Positions 38,891 through 52,300 of a DNA stretch of 64,000 nt are shown piece by piece. The notes under the pieces were generated by a model, which did not search any database, had not been told where the DNA came from, and saw only the letters and a list, made by a program, of their open reading frames with translations. Position 1 is the stretch's first letter. Every line of letters starts with the position of its first letter. Source of the stretch: Candidatus Obscuribacteraceae bacterium (GTDB lineage Bacteria > Cyanobacteriota > Vampirovibrionia > Obscuribacterales > Obscuribacteraceae); assembly GCA_044226015.1 (NCBI GenBank), contig JBGAHS010000010.1, positions 1 through 64,000 on the forward strand, written 5' to 3'. Position numbers and translations under genes: made by a program.

Positions 38891-41800
38891 TTATTTGTCT
38901 TTGATTCCCAACTTTTCCATCGTCATTTTTGTCAGGCTGTAAATGAAGATGAACATCCCTGCAAAAGCAAACCAGTATTTTGTCAGATAGGTCCAGAACA
39001 AGCCGACGATCTCGTTGCTTTCGGTTAGAACTGTGCCAGCGGTATTTACTCCGCTTATTACCGTGGGGTCTGTAGCTGAATCCGGAGCTACTGCTTGCAT
39101 GGATCCAATTGGATTGAATTCCTTGCCTGATTTGAATTCAACACACGGGGTTGATGGCATTTCAGAGTTTCTTTGGGGCAAATTAACCGCTGAGCTAAAT
39201 CCGCGAAATTTGCCCGCTTCAACTGGTGCTATCGCGCAACCTGGTGCAGATTGACCTGCGTCAGATACGCCTGTGCTGAATGCATCGCCGCCAACTGAAC
39301 TGGCTCCACCGGCTCCTGCCGCTCCGCCTCCCGCAGCTACAATGCGATTGCTAGTCATGTCCATCTCTTCCGAGACAGGCATTCTGCTATCGGTTACAAC
39401 TGGCGCCATGTCTTTCATCGCGACTTCCTTCTTATTGAAGGAATCAAACGGGCTTATTGTGCCGTTAGTCGCACCGTCTAATGCGTCTAGCGATGCAGTC
39501 TTTTGTTTTGAAAGTCTAGATTCATCACTCATTGCCTTCCGTCGCGCGCTGATCTGGCGCAGAGCATGCCGCGAACCAAATGAAAGCTTGTCGGATTGCT
39601 CGTTTATTGCAGTTGGACCCGCTGCAGGCATCGGCGCATCAGCTTTGAGGCTTGAAACCTGCCCTTTTGCGGAAAAACTTGAAGAACTCTCAGGTAGCGC
39701 GATGCTATTGACTGCTGCACGACGAGCAACTTTTTCTTCACGAACATAGCTTGGCTCTGGTTGTGATGTTACTGAATTCAGTCTGTTTAGCTGATTTACA
39801 ATCGTGTCGAAACTCTTTGGCTCACCCTTCGCGTCAATATTGTTGTCGCTCATTGATCCGGATAACGATGAACATCCTGTTAAACCGAGACCTGAACCAT
39901 TCGTGAGTACGCCCAGGGTGGAAGCCGCATTTCTTGCCGCTGCAAATGCCCTGTCGTTTTGAATCTGGCTGGATAGATTGAAGAACTGGTGGATTAGATC
40001 ATTGCTTGGTTCCGAGGCTGGACAAGAAAGCCGGTCGAGCTCACTTACTGTATCTGTAAGCACTGCACTTGATACCGCAGTAACAAGATGGTATTTCGCA
40101 GCAAGATTTAGAGCTGCTGCTTCATTGTGATTCTGCAAGTAATTGTTGATCTGCGATACAGCGTACAATTGAGCAAGTTGATACATCTGAGTTTGACTTG
40201 CATTTAGCTGCGGTTTATTGGTTTGACGTGCATTCAGCTCTGTGTTGGTCTGTCTGGAAATTGCACTGTTGTCGATGTGACTAGAAACAGTTCCACCGAG
40301 GAAAGACACGGCTGTCTCATTTGCCGAGTTCCCTCTAGTGCTAAATTGGAACTCTTTTGTTGAGCCTGGTTTTTTCCAGTTCTCAAAAAGTAGGTTGAGA
40401 TCGTTTTCAACCGAGGAAAAACGAGGAACGGTAATAAGTGACGCGCTTGTGACACCATCGAGGAAAGCGTTAGGTCCGCTTGCTACTTGCATGTCAAACA
40501 GTTTCTTTGTGCGAACATCTACGCGATTGGTTGCGCGATTGTATCTTGCAACAGACTGTGAATCGAGATCCAAAATCTGCATACCAAATGGCTGCGGTCC
40601 ATGAAGCCACAAGACGCCGGCACCAGGTTCACATGCACTCAACATTGTGTTCAAGGCAGAATCCGTTTGACCGCCGATGCATTTCTTTTCTGAAAGCTTT
40701 TGAAGAACATTTTGGAATTCAGCTGAGCCTGCTTTGATCCAGCTTGAGTTTAAACTTGATGGACCGCCGTCTTCAACGCACACTACCTGGACGTACAAGT
40801 CCGAAGGTAAGTTCTTTAAGGACGAAACGATTCCTTTAAGATGATCTGCCATAGTATTGGAGAGATCCACCAGAATCATTAGCGAACTGGGCTTGCTGGA
40901 AGGCGCGTCGACAATCTTTTCGAAAATTCTTGGCTCCCTGCCGCTGTGGCTCGGAGTCGCGGACTTTACACCTGGTGCCGGAGCTATCGCTGGCGCGATG
41001 GCTGGAGCCACTGCGATTGTTGGGACGGCTGCTGGCGAGCTGACGACCTCTTCAGGATCGACTTGAATGACTACGCCGCTTGTTGGTCCGTCTGAGATGA
41101 CCCTCGTCGTCCCAACACCTGCTGCTGTGCCGCTCCCCGACGGTGCGGCTGCTTCTCCGATGGAAGGTGGGGATGCTTCTCCGACTGATGTTGGCGAATC
41201 TATGCCTACCGACGGTGGGGATGCCTCTCCGTAGCATGGTGGAGAATCTTCTCCAACCGCCGGTGGGTTAGTTTCTCCTCCCGATGGGGCCACCGCCACG
41301 CCTCCGCTTCCTTCATAACCCGGAGAAGATCCAGCGGACACTCCAGGAACACCATCAGAGATTGAATTATTGGATGCCATCGCCTTCTCTTTGGCAATTT
41401 GCAATCTTCGAGCGTATTCTCCAGTGGCAAAAATGTCAGTCGTCCAGAACTCCTGCTTCTTATCACGGTCGAAAGTGATGATACCATTTCCGGTGGCAAG
41501 AGCAGCAGGCTCTAGATCGCCTGAGAGAATGAACTTGTCTTTTTGTTTTTCATTCTTTAACTGTCCTAGCTGGGCTGTTATCTCGTGATTTGCCTCGACT
41601 TTTAGAGAATATGGTACGTTGATCTGGAAGTTTCGCTCTTCAAATTGAGGCAGAGCCATAGCTCCCTTCATGTCTTTGCGTAGTTCTACTGGTGATACCA
41701 CTCCGAGGTGAAGCTGTAAAGCTTCGCCTGGTGGAACCGGATAACATTGCACCAGCACTGTATCCTTGCCGCACTGGCTTACCAGCAGTGGATTCTGTTT

Positions 41801-42970
41801 CGCGGCGACTGCAGCCTGGTATATTTGCCGTGCTTCTTCTTTCAATGTTACGTCGCACTCGAACTCTTTGCCATTAACTATGAGGCTTGCTTGATTAACA
41901 GCAGCTCCGTGAGGCAACTTAATTCTTGTGCGAACTTCGCGGTCAAACTTGGAAACATTTTTGAAGTCCAAGAACCAATTGATCTGTGCGACTCCTGCGT
42001 CTGAGTCAACATTCGCTAGCATCTTTGACCTGCTAACAGAAAGTCCGCGCGATACGCCACTAACGACTTCTCCTGCGACATCTGGGTCAAGGTCAAATTC
42101 ATCGTCTGCGCCTTGATCCATGCCATCATATTTCAGGGTGCCCATGTGGTTCATGGTAGAGCGAGCCGACTCTGGAATAGGAAATGAGTTAAATGTCCTT
42201 CCTGTTGCCTTGTAGAATATAGCTCGCATGAGTTCGACATCGGCTGGATGGGAAACTTCATATAGAGAGCCAAGCACGTCAGTTGCGCGTCCTGAACGTT
42301 CATAACAGGCTCTCAGCATTACTTCCTGATTGCCGAAAGCACGAAGCAGGCTCAGTCCCTGTTCTTGCGAATCGGGCTGGCAAGCCATACCCATTGCCAC
42401 TCGTGTAACAGTAGATGGCAGTTCAACCGCAAGCACCGTAGCTAGTATCACAAGGTGTCCTGCATGAACCACTTGCGGAGGTTCAAAATAGCTGCCCATG
42501 CTCTTATGCAGCTTTTCTAATTTTTGACCGGACGCCCAGAGCGCTATCAACGAGAAAAATGGTGACAGTCCTAACAAGCCAAAGCCTAAGTAGACTATGG
42601 CGGCCGCAGACGCTGGCATAATCGGCAAAAACATCAACGTATATAAAATCGCGATTCCAACTGCCATGCCATTGGTGAAAAGCGCGAGCCCGTATTGCGA
42701 GCGAACATTTTGCCCTAGAACAAGCCATGAGAGTAAGCCTGCTATGGGGACAAGACAGAATATCAGGGTATGAGAATTGCTTGGGAATGGATCAAAAAAG
42801 TACTTTGCACAGAGGTGAAATTGCGTTTCGAAGAGCAGCGCCAGGGTAGGAAGAATCACTCCTGCGTATGCGAGAAAACGGGAAAATGCCATTCCCACTA
42901 ACGGCGGCTCTTTTCCCAATGGAGGAGCGCCCGTCAAATTAACGCTTCCAAGGTCTCGTTTCCTGAACAC
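38891..42970 (-). CDS. Integral membrane protein with VIT and vWA-like domains and a C-terminal TM anchor
   Basis: About five N-terminal TM segments, VIT-like FKN...EVR.RIKLPHGA...VQCYPVPP, ILVDLSNTM MIDAS-like motif, YHLVTAVSSAVL and a C-terminal TM. Confidence 0.8.
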   Translation of the reverse strand: MFRKRDLGSVNLTGAPPLGKEPPLVGMAFSRFLAYAGVILPTLALLFETQFHLCAKYFFDPFPSNSHTLIFCLVPIAGLLSWLVLGQNVRSQYGLALFTNGMAVGIAILYTLMFLPIMPASAAAIVYLGFGLLGLSPFFSLIALWASGQKLEKLHKSMGSYFEPPQVVHAGHLVILATVLAVELPSTVTRVAMGMACQPDSQEQGLSLLRAFGNQEVMLRACYERSGRATDVLGSLYEVSHPADVELMRAIFYKATGRTFNSFPIPESARSTMNHMGTLKYDGMDQGADDEFDLDPDVAGEVVSGVSRGLSVSRSKMLANVDSDAGVAQINWFLDFKNVSKFDREVRTRIKLPHGAAVNQASLIVNGKEFECDVTLKEEARQIYQAAVAAKQNPLLVSQCGKDTVLVQCYPVPPGEALQLHLGVVSPVELRKDMKGAMALPQFEERNFQINVPYSLKVEANHEITAQLGQLKNEKQKDKFILSGDLEPAALATGNGIITFDRDKKQEFWTTDIFATGEYARRLQIAKEKAMASNNSISDGVPGVSAGSSPGYEGSGGVAVAPSGGETNPPAVGEDSPPCYGEASPPSVGIDSPTSVGEASPPSIGEAAAPSGSGTAAGVGTTRVISDGPTSGVVIQVDPEEVVSSPAAVPTIAVAPAIAPAIAPAPGVKSATPSHSGREPRIFEKIVDAPSSKPSSLMILVDLSNTMADHLKGIVSSLKNLPSDLYVQVVCVEDGGPSSLNSSWIKAGSAEFQNVLQKLSEKKCIGGQTDSALNTMLSACEPGAGVLWLHGPQPFGMQILDLDSQSVARYNRATNRVDVRTKKLFDMQVASGPNAFLDGVTSASLITVPRFSSVENDLNLLFENWKKPGSTKEFQFSTRGNSANETAVSFLGGTVSSHIDNSAISRQTNTELNARQTNKPQLNASQTQMYQLAQLYAVSQINNYLQNHNEAAALNLAAKYHLVTAVSSAVLTDTVSELDRLSCPASEPSNDLIHQFFNLSSQIQNDRAFAAARNAASTLGVLTNGSGLGLTGCSSLSGSMSDNNIDAKGEPKSFDTIVNQLNRLNSVTSQPEPSYVREEKVARRAAVNSIALPESSSSFSAKGQVSSLKADAPMPAAGPTAINEQSDKLSFGSRHALRQISARRKAMSDESRLSKQKTASLDALDGATNGTISPFDSFNKKEVAMKDMAPVVTDSRMPVSEEMDMTSNRIVAAGGGAAGAGGASSVGGDAFSTGVSDAGQSAPGCAIAPVEAGKFRGFSSAVNLPQRNSEMPSTPCVEFKSGKEFNPIGSMQAVAPDSATDPTVISGVNTAGTVLTESNEIVGLFWTYLTKYWFAFAGMFIFIYSLTKMTMEKLGIKDK

Positions 42971-43337
42971 AGCTAATCCTCCAGCCCCACAAAGCAGTTA
43001 TTCCCTATATATGGATTTATGCATTGTAATTCTGTCGCTCGATACTTTCAAACATAAGATGGATGTTTGAGATTTGGCAGAATGGATAGAGCTTTACCAG
43101 GGAAAACCCCATGGTGTTTGAAGACTAACGCTCACAAACCCTCGGCGGTTTGCAAAAGGCTCGACCGACGGGTGTGTTGACAAGGTGTTCTCAAGGGGCT
43201 GCTTCGCATTCCTGCCTGCCTTTTGTTCGTTAACTTATTCCTGCTAATTCAAGACCAATCCGGCTAACGCGATATACACTAACAATTCGGTTACCATTGC
43301 GTCCGCGTAACGGGCAATATCTTCGAGGCGAGCGAAA

Positions 43338-46300
43338 GTGAACATGTTAAATGAAGGAACTCTGCACAGAGCGACTCCCGTCTGGGCAACAGTGTTGGCT
43401 ATCGCCACGGGACAGCTATTCTCGCTGGGTGCGGAAGCTCAAGGCGTTCGCCCTGGGACGATGCAGCCAACGCAAAATAACGCTGCAGCGAGTTCCGGGT
43501 CGTCTGCGCTCAAAGATTTCAATCTCGCAGCAACAGTGCCCATCGTCCATGCAACAAAATCGGGAACAATACAAATTGGTGGCACTGTATCAAATGGTGT
43601 CATTTCTGGTGGCGTGCCACTAAACATAATTGCGGGTCAGGCTTTAACTCCAGCTATGAATGCCGCACTCTGGCAAACGGCAACGCACGGTACGCAGAAT
43701 CTTCAGCTCAATTCTTCAGGCGCTGCGATGGCTGGTTCTGCAACCTTGAACTCTTCATGGGCTGCAAATCTTACTTCGCTGGTGGTACCAAAAGGAGTCA
43801 CTGTCAACGCCATCAATTTCACAGCATCAAGCCCTCTCAATGTTGCAAATGCAGCAGATATTTCGGGGTCTGTTTACGCTTTGCAGTCTCATCCAGGAAT
43901 GACAGCTGCTCTGAATTTCAACAGCGATTTGCATCTCGGTGCAGGCGGGCTGCTTTCCACAAATCTTCCGGCAAACTCCAATCTGGCTGGGCTTTATTCC
44001 TCGCAAAATCTAACACTGAGTGTGGGCGGCAACCTTGTTAATCAAGGACGCATTGACGTAGCGGGAACTCTCTCGGCAACTGTATCCGGCACTATCAGCA
44101 ATGTCTCTGCTGGCTCGTCCCTTGCGTCGCTAGTTGCACAAAATATAAATCTCACAAGTGGAACTGGAACAATCATCAACTCTGGTTTAATTAGTGCGTT
44201 GAACTCATTGAATATTGATTCTCCGGACCCGGCTGTCGATCTGAATATTTCAAATGCTGGCGGTGTCTTGCAGGCTATAGGCACACGTAATCCGCTCACT
44301 GGTCTTTTAGAGGGCGGAGCTCTAAATATTAGGGCCGATGGTGCAGCCGTTGAGGCTGCAAATGTTCGAGTTTTAGACGGGCAATTGCGAGCAAATGATG
44401 GAATAAATGTCTTTGGCAAAAACATAAACATGTTCACTGACATGATTGATGGAAGAGTCAACATAAAGGGCTCTGCTGCTCATCTTGGCGTTGCAAATGG
44501 CGAGCTTATTTTGGGCGATCAAATCTTGAGCGGTGACCCAACATATTCAAATGCCAATGGCAATATTGTCATTGATGGAACTTTCACCACTTCTTCCGCA
44601 AACCCTGACCTCGCGATAATTGCTGGTGGCAACATCACAGATACAAATTCCGGTTTGCCATTTGGGCTGAATTCCACTAACGGTGGCTCGCTGCTCTTAG
44701 CCGCTGGTGTTTCTGGGATAAGCGCCAATTTAGTCAATGACACAACGACGACTATTCTTTTCGTTACCACGCCCAATACAACAACCGGCGGTGGTAGCAT
44801 TATTTTCAGTGGCATGCTCAAGAATGGAATAAACACTTCAAGCGCGGGCAACGGTGGCAACGTCACCTTACTTGCGCTTCAGGGTACTAATCCAACAGCC
44901 GGTCGTATTGATCTTCAATCTGGTGGGATCAATGTTAGTGGCAGTGGCTCCAACAATAATGGCAATGTGACTATCATTGCTAATGCTGCCGCCGGAAGTT
45001 CTGCAATTCAAAACATAGGACCCATTAATGCGTTCGGAACTGGAAGCGGAAGTGTTGTTATAAGTGCTTCCGCTCCCGCATTCGGCCCTGTAGTTGTTAA
45101 GAATGGCGCCATCACAGCCGGTACCATAACAGCCAGTTCTCTGTCTGGTGGTTCCATCAGTGTTGGCGGTGATATCAACTCGACAGGTAGTGTCAAAGTA
45201 CAGTCTAATGGACCCATCAGTGTACAGAACATAGGTTTGTCTAACAGCCCTTCAACAGTCCAAATTCTTTCGTTCGGCGACACTGTTTCTGCAAAATCCA
45301 TAAATAGTACCGGTGCTATTTCGGTCGGAACGATTGCTTCAAAGGGTGTGACTCTCACCGGAAATTTGACCTCACTAACTGGTGACATTAGCGTCGTCTC
45401 GGGCTCTGGAGGAATTGATGCTTCCTCTAGTTCCGTCACTACTGCAGGCTCCGTAATAGTTAGCTCTGACTCAGGTGATGTCAGCATTGGGACAATCAAC
45501 AACTCTACAAGCACTAGTTTCGCCCCAGTAAATGTTGTTTCATCAACGGGTAAGACTACAGTCGGTGCCATCAACAGTGCTGGTGGTGCCGTGTTAATCG
45601 GGAATGCTTTTACTGCTAGCACGGGAGTTGTGCTCAACGGTGACATTGTGAACACCAAGGCTGGTACTGGTGGCGTGGTGACGGTTGGCACTGCAACTGG
45701 CGGTATAGCTGGTGCAGGTCGCAGCATCACCACTGATGGTGCCGTCACAATCCTAGCCGTGAGTACCAGCTCCAGTGGTGATGTCGCCATTGGTGACATC
45801 TTCAATGCACCCGGTAAATCCGCGACAGTTCAGATTGATGCAAGTTCGGGAAAGGTCACAGTTGGAAACGTTGTAAGCGCTAGCTCTGTGAGGCTTGGCA
45901 ATATTAAAACGGGACGAGGCGTTGTATTGAATGGTGATATTTTAGCTGGCGATTCGGGATTTGGAGTCACAATCTACACGAGTACTGGAGGCATCGCCGG
46001 CAAAGGTCACAGCGTTACAGCAACAGGACCGGTCGAGATCATTGCTTCCGATACCAACAGCAGCGGTGCTATCAACATCGGTGCTTTGAATAATATTTCT
46101 GGTTCTGGCGACGTCTTAGTTGCTTCGAGTTCTGGTTCACAAACTGTTGGAGCAATTAACAGCAATGGACAGGTCACTGTCGGTGCGACTAGCAGCACCG
46201 GGGTCACACTAACTGGGGATATCAACTCAAGCAGCCTCCAGGGAGTGTCTGTCACGACTGGCACTGGTGGCATAGACGGCTCCGGCGCCAGTATAAATTC

Positions 46301-49300
46301 GAGCGGTGGCGTTTCCGTTTTAGCATTAAGTACCACCACTAGCGGTGCAGTAAGTGTTGCTAACGTCAGCGCTCTCAATGGAGACATATTCTTAAATTCT
46401 GCGTCGGGAACAGTTAAGGCCGCAGCTCTCTACGCAAGTGGCAACATTACGATTGGTGGAAATTCAACAGCAGGAATAACATTAACTGGAAATATTCAAT
46501 CGCTCGGCAATAGTGGCGTTCAAATTCTAACTGGCAGTGGAGGAATTTCGGGCGCTAATGCAAACATAAATGCAAAAGGAAATGTGTCGCTTTTTGCACT
46601 TAATAGCACTGCAAGTGGTCCTGTGAGCTTCGGTTCTATAGTCAGCCAGGGGGCAGCTGGTGTTTCGCTAACTTCGCAGACAGATACTATGACTGTTGGC
46701 TCCATCACCGCGAAAGGACAGGTCAGCATTGGAAGTTCTAGTTCTGCTGGTCTCACATTGAATGGAAATATACAAAGTGGTGGCATCAATGGAGTGCAGA
46801 TTGTTACTGGAACTGGCGGTATTTCAGCTGGAAATGCAAGCATTCAAGCCTCCGGTCCAGTATCAGTTCAAGCGCTGGATAAAACCATCAGTGGGAATCT
46901 AGCGATTGGAAAAATTGTAAGCAGTGGCGGCGCGTTTGATGTTAGCATCAGTTCGGCGAGTGGGTCCGTGAGCTCTGGCGGCGTGAATAGTTCCGGCAAT
47001 GTCTCTATTGGAAATTCTGGCACTGCAGGAGTAATTTTAACTGGGACGATTATCAGCGGTGGCTCTCTGGGAGTTTCAATCACAACGGCAACCGGAGGCG
47101 TTTCTGCATCAGGTCAGGATATAAACGCAGCGGGGTCCATTAGTCTATTTGCGCTGGATAAGTCAAGTAGCGGTTCCATCAGTGTAGGCAACTTGAACAA
47201 TATTCAAAGTGGCAGTGGAAATGTTCAGGTTTTTGCAGCAAGCGGGTCAATTCAAACTGCAGGAGTTTTGAGTGCTGGCAGTGTAACTATTGGAAGCACC
47301 GGAAGTAAGGGAATCAATATATTAGGAGATATCGTCAGCGGTTCAGCCACGGGAGTTAGTATCACCACTGGTTCTGGCGGCATTAACGCTTCGGGGCGAA
47401 CTATCACTGCTGCCGGTCCCGTGCAGGTTGTTGCAACTGAGAAAAACACAAGTGGCTCGGTTAGTGTTGGGAAAATAGATGCATCAGCTGCTGTCTCTGC
47501 GGCTGCTGTCTTAATAAATGCTCAGGGTGGTTCTGTAGGCTCAGGCGGGGTTGTCACCGCAGGGGATGTGTCCATAGGCTCAAACAACAGCAGCTCAGTT
47601 TCGCTTATTGGTGATGTGAATTCCCAGGGGACAAACGGTGTCACCATTCTTGCGGACTCCGGAGCCATTTCAACCGCTGGTGTCAAAATTAACGCTGATG
47701 CAGGCGTCTTCATAGGCATAAACAAGGGTACTGTGAACGTGGGCGGCATCACCGCTGGTGGTGATGTTAATATCGGTAATTCTTTCAGCGGCACGGGAGT
47801 GACTCTTTCTGGCGATATCACCAGTGGTGGCGCAGCTGGCGTCAGCATAGGCACTGCTACGGGTGGCATCAGCGGACCCAGCGCTAACATTAATGCTACA
47901 GGTCCTGTTTCAATAATAAGTACGGACTTCAACAATAGTGGCAATCTCAGCTTGGGTTCGATAAGTTCTGGGGCAAGCGTCCAGCTCAGTGCTTCATCAG
48001 GAACGATAAAGAGCGGCTCCATTTTCGCAGCTGGGGATATCTCTATTGGCAATACAGGCGGTGCAAAGGGAATTACCGTAAACGGATCCATTACAAGTCA
48101 GGGACTCAATGGGGTCGTAATTAATACATTCACGGGCGGTATAGTAGTTGGTGCTGACATTAGTTCTGCTGGGCAGGTTGTTGTTGCTGCATTGTCGAAC
48201 ACCAATAGTGGAGCCGTCACTGTAGGGGCAATCACTAATAACGCGGCGGTACAAATAGACTCGTCGTCTGGCACTGTGACTAGCGGAAGCATTACGAGCT
48301 CAGGTGATGTTAGTTTGGGTAATCTTAAAGGCGCGAAAGGCGTATTCATAAATGGCGACATATACAGCACTGGTTCCAACGGAATCCAGATTTCTACAAG
48401 TAGCGGTGGCGTAGATGGCAGCAATGCAAATATTTCTGCAACGGCTTCGGTCTCGGTTCTTGCATCTGCCAACCTCAACAGCGGCGCGATAAAAATCGGC
48501 AGCATTTCCGCGTCAGGCACTAATTCATCCATACAAATTGATTCTTCAAGCGGAACTGTTAGTGCAGGTAGCCTGAACGCTGTTGGCAATGTTTCGGTTG
48601 GAAACATCACCAACGGGAAGGGAATCACTTTGAATGGTGATATCAGTGCTGGGCTTAGCGGCGTAAATGTATTTACTGGCAGCGGCGGCATCGCTGGAAG
48701 CAAATCAAACATTGTTGCAACTGGTCCTGTGTCTATTCTCGCGTCCGACAGTTTCAACAGTGGCTCCGTTGCCATAGGTTCTGTCAGCACGACTGGAGCT
48801 AAGTCAGATGTGCAAATCGTCTCCCAATCTGATTCCGTAACCGCCGGCGCTATCGATGCGGACGGCAACCTTTCTGTAAGAAGCATCAGTGGCAAGGGTG
48901 TCACACTACTGGGAAATGTAAGCAGCAATGGACTTGCAGGTGTGATTATCACAACTGGAACTGGAGGCATAGCAGCTGCAAATTCTTCAATAAATGGGAC
49001 AGGACCTGTTGTTGTTTCCACGGCCGACTCAATAAATAGTGGTGCCATTAATGTTGGCCCAATCATAAGTAATGGCACCGTAACACTCGATTCGAAAAGC
49101 GGTACCATTAGTTCCGCCGGCATCCAGAGCGGTGGTGCTGTTACCATAGGGAATTCAATTTCAGGAAAAGCCGTAAATATTACTGGCGTGGTGACTAACG
49201 TCCTGGGGACTGGTGACATTAGCATCAGCACCGGCAATGGTGCCATCAGCAGTAGCGCTGACATCATTGCAGCGGGTGCCCTCAATGTTACAGCAATAGG

Positions 49301-52300
49301 TAGCGTATCGATTAGCGGGATGGCAGCTTCGCAAAAATCTGACATCACTATAATCGGGCAGTCAGGCTTCGGATTAAATGCAGTATCGCTGGGCGATTTA
49401 AGTGCAACTGGTGCAATCACGGTGACGGCTAACGGTGGTGGCAACCTCGCAATTAATGCGACAACGGTTCAGTCCGGAAAATCCGCAACGTTTTCGGCAA
49501 CTTCCGTTGGAGCCGTTAATTTCAATGGCGGTTCTATGAACTCTGTCGATTCTTTAACGTTTAATGCTGGTGCTGTCAATATCGGTGCTTTCTCTGCTGT
49601 TAGTGCGAGCAACGGTCCAATAACTTTTAATTCCGATCGCGTAAGCATCGGATTGTTGGCGACCGTAACAGCTCCGCAAATCAACTTCAATGGACAAACC
49701 CTTGATGGAACAGTTGCAGCTAATTCCAACATGTCGCTAAGCAACTCTGGAACTGTTCAGTCTACGAACGGAGACATAACCATTGCTTCCGCTGCAGGCC
49801 AGGATTTAAAATTGACTGGAAATGGTACTGGAAAATTTGTGGCGCCGACTTCAACGCTAATCAATAATACAGCTACTGTCTCAGGTACGCGACCCACTCC
49901 AGCAATGATTCTTGGACCCGGTAACCAGGAATTCGTTGTTGGTGATGGTTTAAGTCCAGGCGGATCCGTTGCATTTAATGCGGGATCAATCACGATTAAC
50001 CCTGGCGTGAACTATTTGTTCAGCAATGATTTCAGTTCTGTTCAATTGAATACCAGCAAACTGAGTGGCAATCCGGCTCAGTTTGTAATTCATCCAAATG
50101 GTGGCAACCCTAACTCGAAAATTACCGTCGTCTCTACTGGTGGTGGCACGATAGCGAACAGTGCAGGACCTGTCAATCTCGGATCTTTTGATTTGAATTT
50201 TAGCGGTCCGCTAACGATAATTTCTTCGTCCGATATAGTCTCTGCTGGACCTTTGACCATTCGCCTGTCGGGGACAGGGGCAGACATTAATCTGATTGCT
50301 GGTTTTGATTTCTTGCCTGCTACATCGGGGCAAGAAGGTCCTGATTCAAAAACACGATTGGTGAGTGGTATTAGCACTGGTGGCTCTATAAGCCTTGGCT
50401 TGGTGAACATTCAGGCAGACAGCTTTGGGGCTGGAAACATTTTTGCAGTTGCTGGAAATGGTACTGTCTCTGGGACTGGCGCGATCTCTCTAGGCTCTTT
50501 GAGTTCTGGTGGAACCCAGGGCTCAGGAGGCAATGTACGTTTGCTAGGAACTACGATTTCGGTGGGTGCTATCGACACCAGAGGACCTGGGGGCGCTGGC
50601 TCAGTCATTGTACAAGCGGCTAATACGATCTTCGGTGGTGGCATCATTACTGCAGGACAACTCAGTGGCTCCTTTGTCGGTACAGGTGTTGGCGGTGCTG
50701 TCAATGTATCTGATATTCAAGCTGGAACTAACAGCGTAAGTTTGACTGGGCAAACGGTGAGTTCATCCGGAACTATTAGTGCTGGAGCTCTCACTGTACA
50801 GGCGTTTTCTACTGTGAATCTGCCAAGTACACAGATTGGAAAATTTACTGTGTCAACCGCCGGAGCTGTCACCATCAACAACAATGGAAATCTCATACTC
50901 AATTCAGTTAGCTCACGCGGATTAACTTTGCAAAATGCAGGAAATGTTACGCTCGCTGGAGCCCTCACAAATACAGGTTTAACCCCTGTCAGCCTCATCC
51001 TGAGTTCCGGCACGTTTTCTAACAATGGAAATGTGCTGAGCAATGTCTCAGGTGATGTGAATATCACTGCTGACGATATCAACTTGACTGGCAGTATTTC
51101 TATTGCTGGACAAAAGGTTGTTCTGCAACCGTATACGAGTACCCTGCCAATCGTCATTGGCACAAAAACGGGACCCGCACTGGCAATATCAAATTCCGCT
51201 ATTTCAAGTCTTGTCGGTCAAATAACTATCGGTTCCAAGAATTCAACTGGAGGGATAAGTGTCAACTCTCCGTTGACTCAGTCGAATACCATTATCTTGA
51301 ATTTAGTGCAGGGTGCGGTCAATGGAACCGCGTTTGCACAAAATGCTGCAATAAACCTTACCGGAGCTGGAAGCATTCTCTCGGTAAAAGCTGATTCAGG
51401 CACTCTCAATGTTGGTGCTGTCAGCAATACCACTGGATTCGTCAGCTTTACCACTGATGGCGTCGGAAGTAGCATAGTTTTGACAGGGGGATTCCCCGCT
51501 GCCCATGGCATCACACTTGATGCCAAAACTGGTACCCTTTCAGGTTTGCCTCAAAGTCCGGCGCTTATTACTCCGCTTAGAGACGCAAGTGGCAATGGTG
51601 GAACTCTCTTCTTGAGCGCTTCCAATCTTGCAAGTCAAAACCTTAACGTTGATGTTAGTGGAACGGGCACTGGTGATGGTGGCTTGTTCTCTTACAATAA
51701 TTATTCAACGTCGACTTTCAATCTAAGTTCTGCAGACTTGCAGGTGAATGCCAGCGGCGTCAACGCTGGCACAATCGGCATCAGCAGCAGTGGGAACCTC
51801 ACCATCAATACCAGCGGTATGTTCAATTCTGGTGCGACTGGTTCTGGTGTAAATAAAGGACGCGGAGCCACGTTTAACTTCTTAGCCGGATCTTCAGCAG
51901 CAGGCAACTTGCAGATCATTGGCAGCTTGAATGCTAATGGAGTTGGCACAGATGGTCAGGGGGGCAGTATAACTCTCAGATCTAACAGCCCAACAGCATT
52001 TAATATTGGCTCTACTGCGGCTTCCAATACCAACGGTATAAAAGGAACGCTGACCGTGTTTGGTTCTGGAGCTTCCGACGGAAGCATCTCAGTGTACAAC
52101 AAGGGTGGCGGAATTATCAGTTCCACTCAGGCACTCACTGCTGTTAGGACTCTCATATTCGACACATCTGGAGCTAGTGCTGGCACCATCACCATTGGCA
52201 AGGCTCTCGGAAGCAGTTCGACCGATTCAATTACCCTCACCGCTGGTGGTACCGGTACCATTTTGCCGGGAGCTAATCTCATAACAGGCAGCACCGTATC

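Noticed and set aside
43100..43330. c-di-GMP-I riboswitch upstream of the giant exoprotein (CAAACC...GGTTTG hairpin followed by GCAAA)
   Set aside because: The GNRA tetraloop and GACGCAAAG-type consensus are missing; an Infernal search would be needed to support it.
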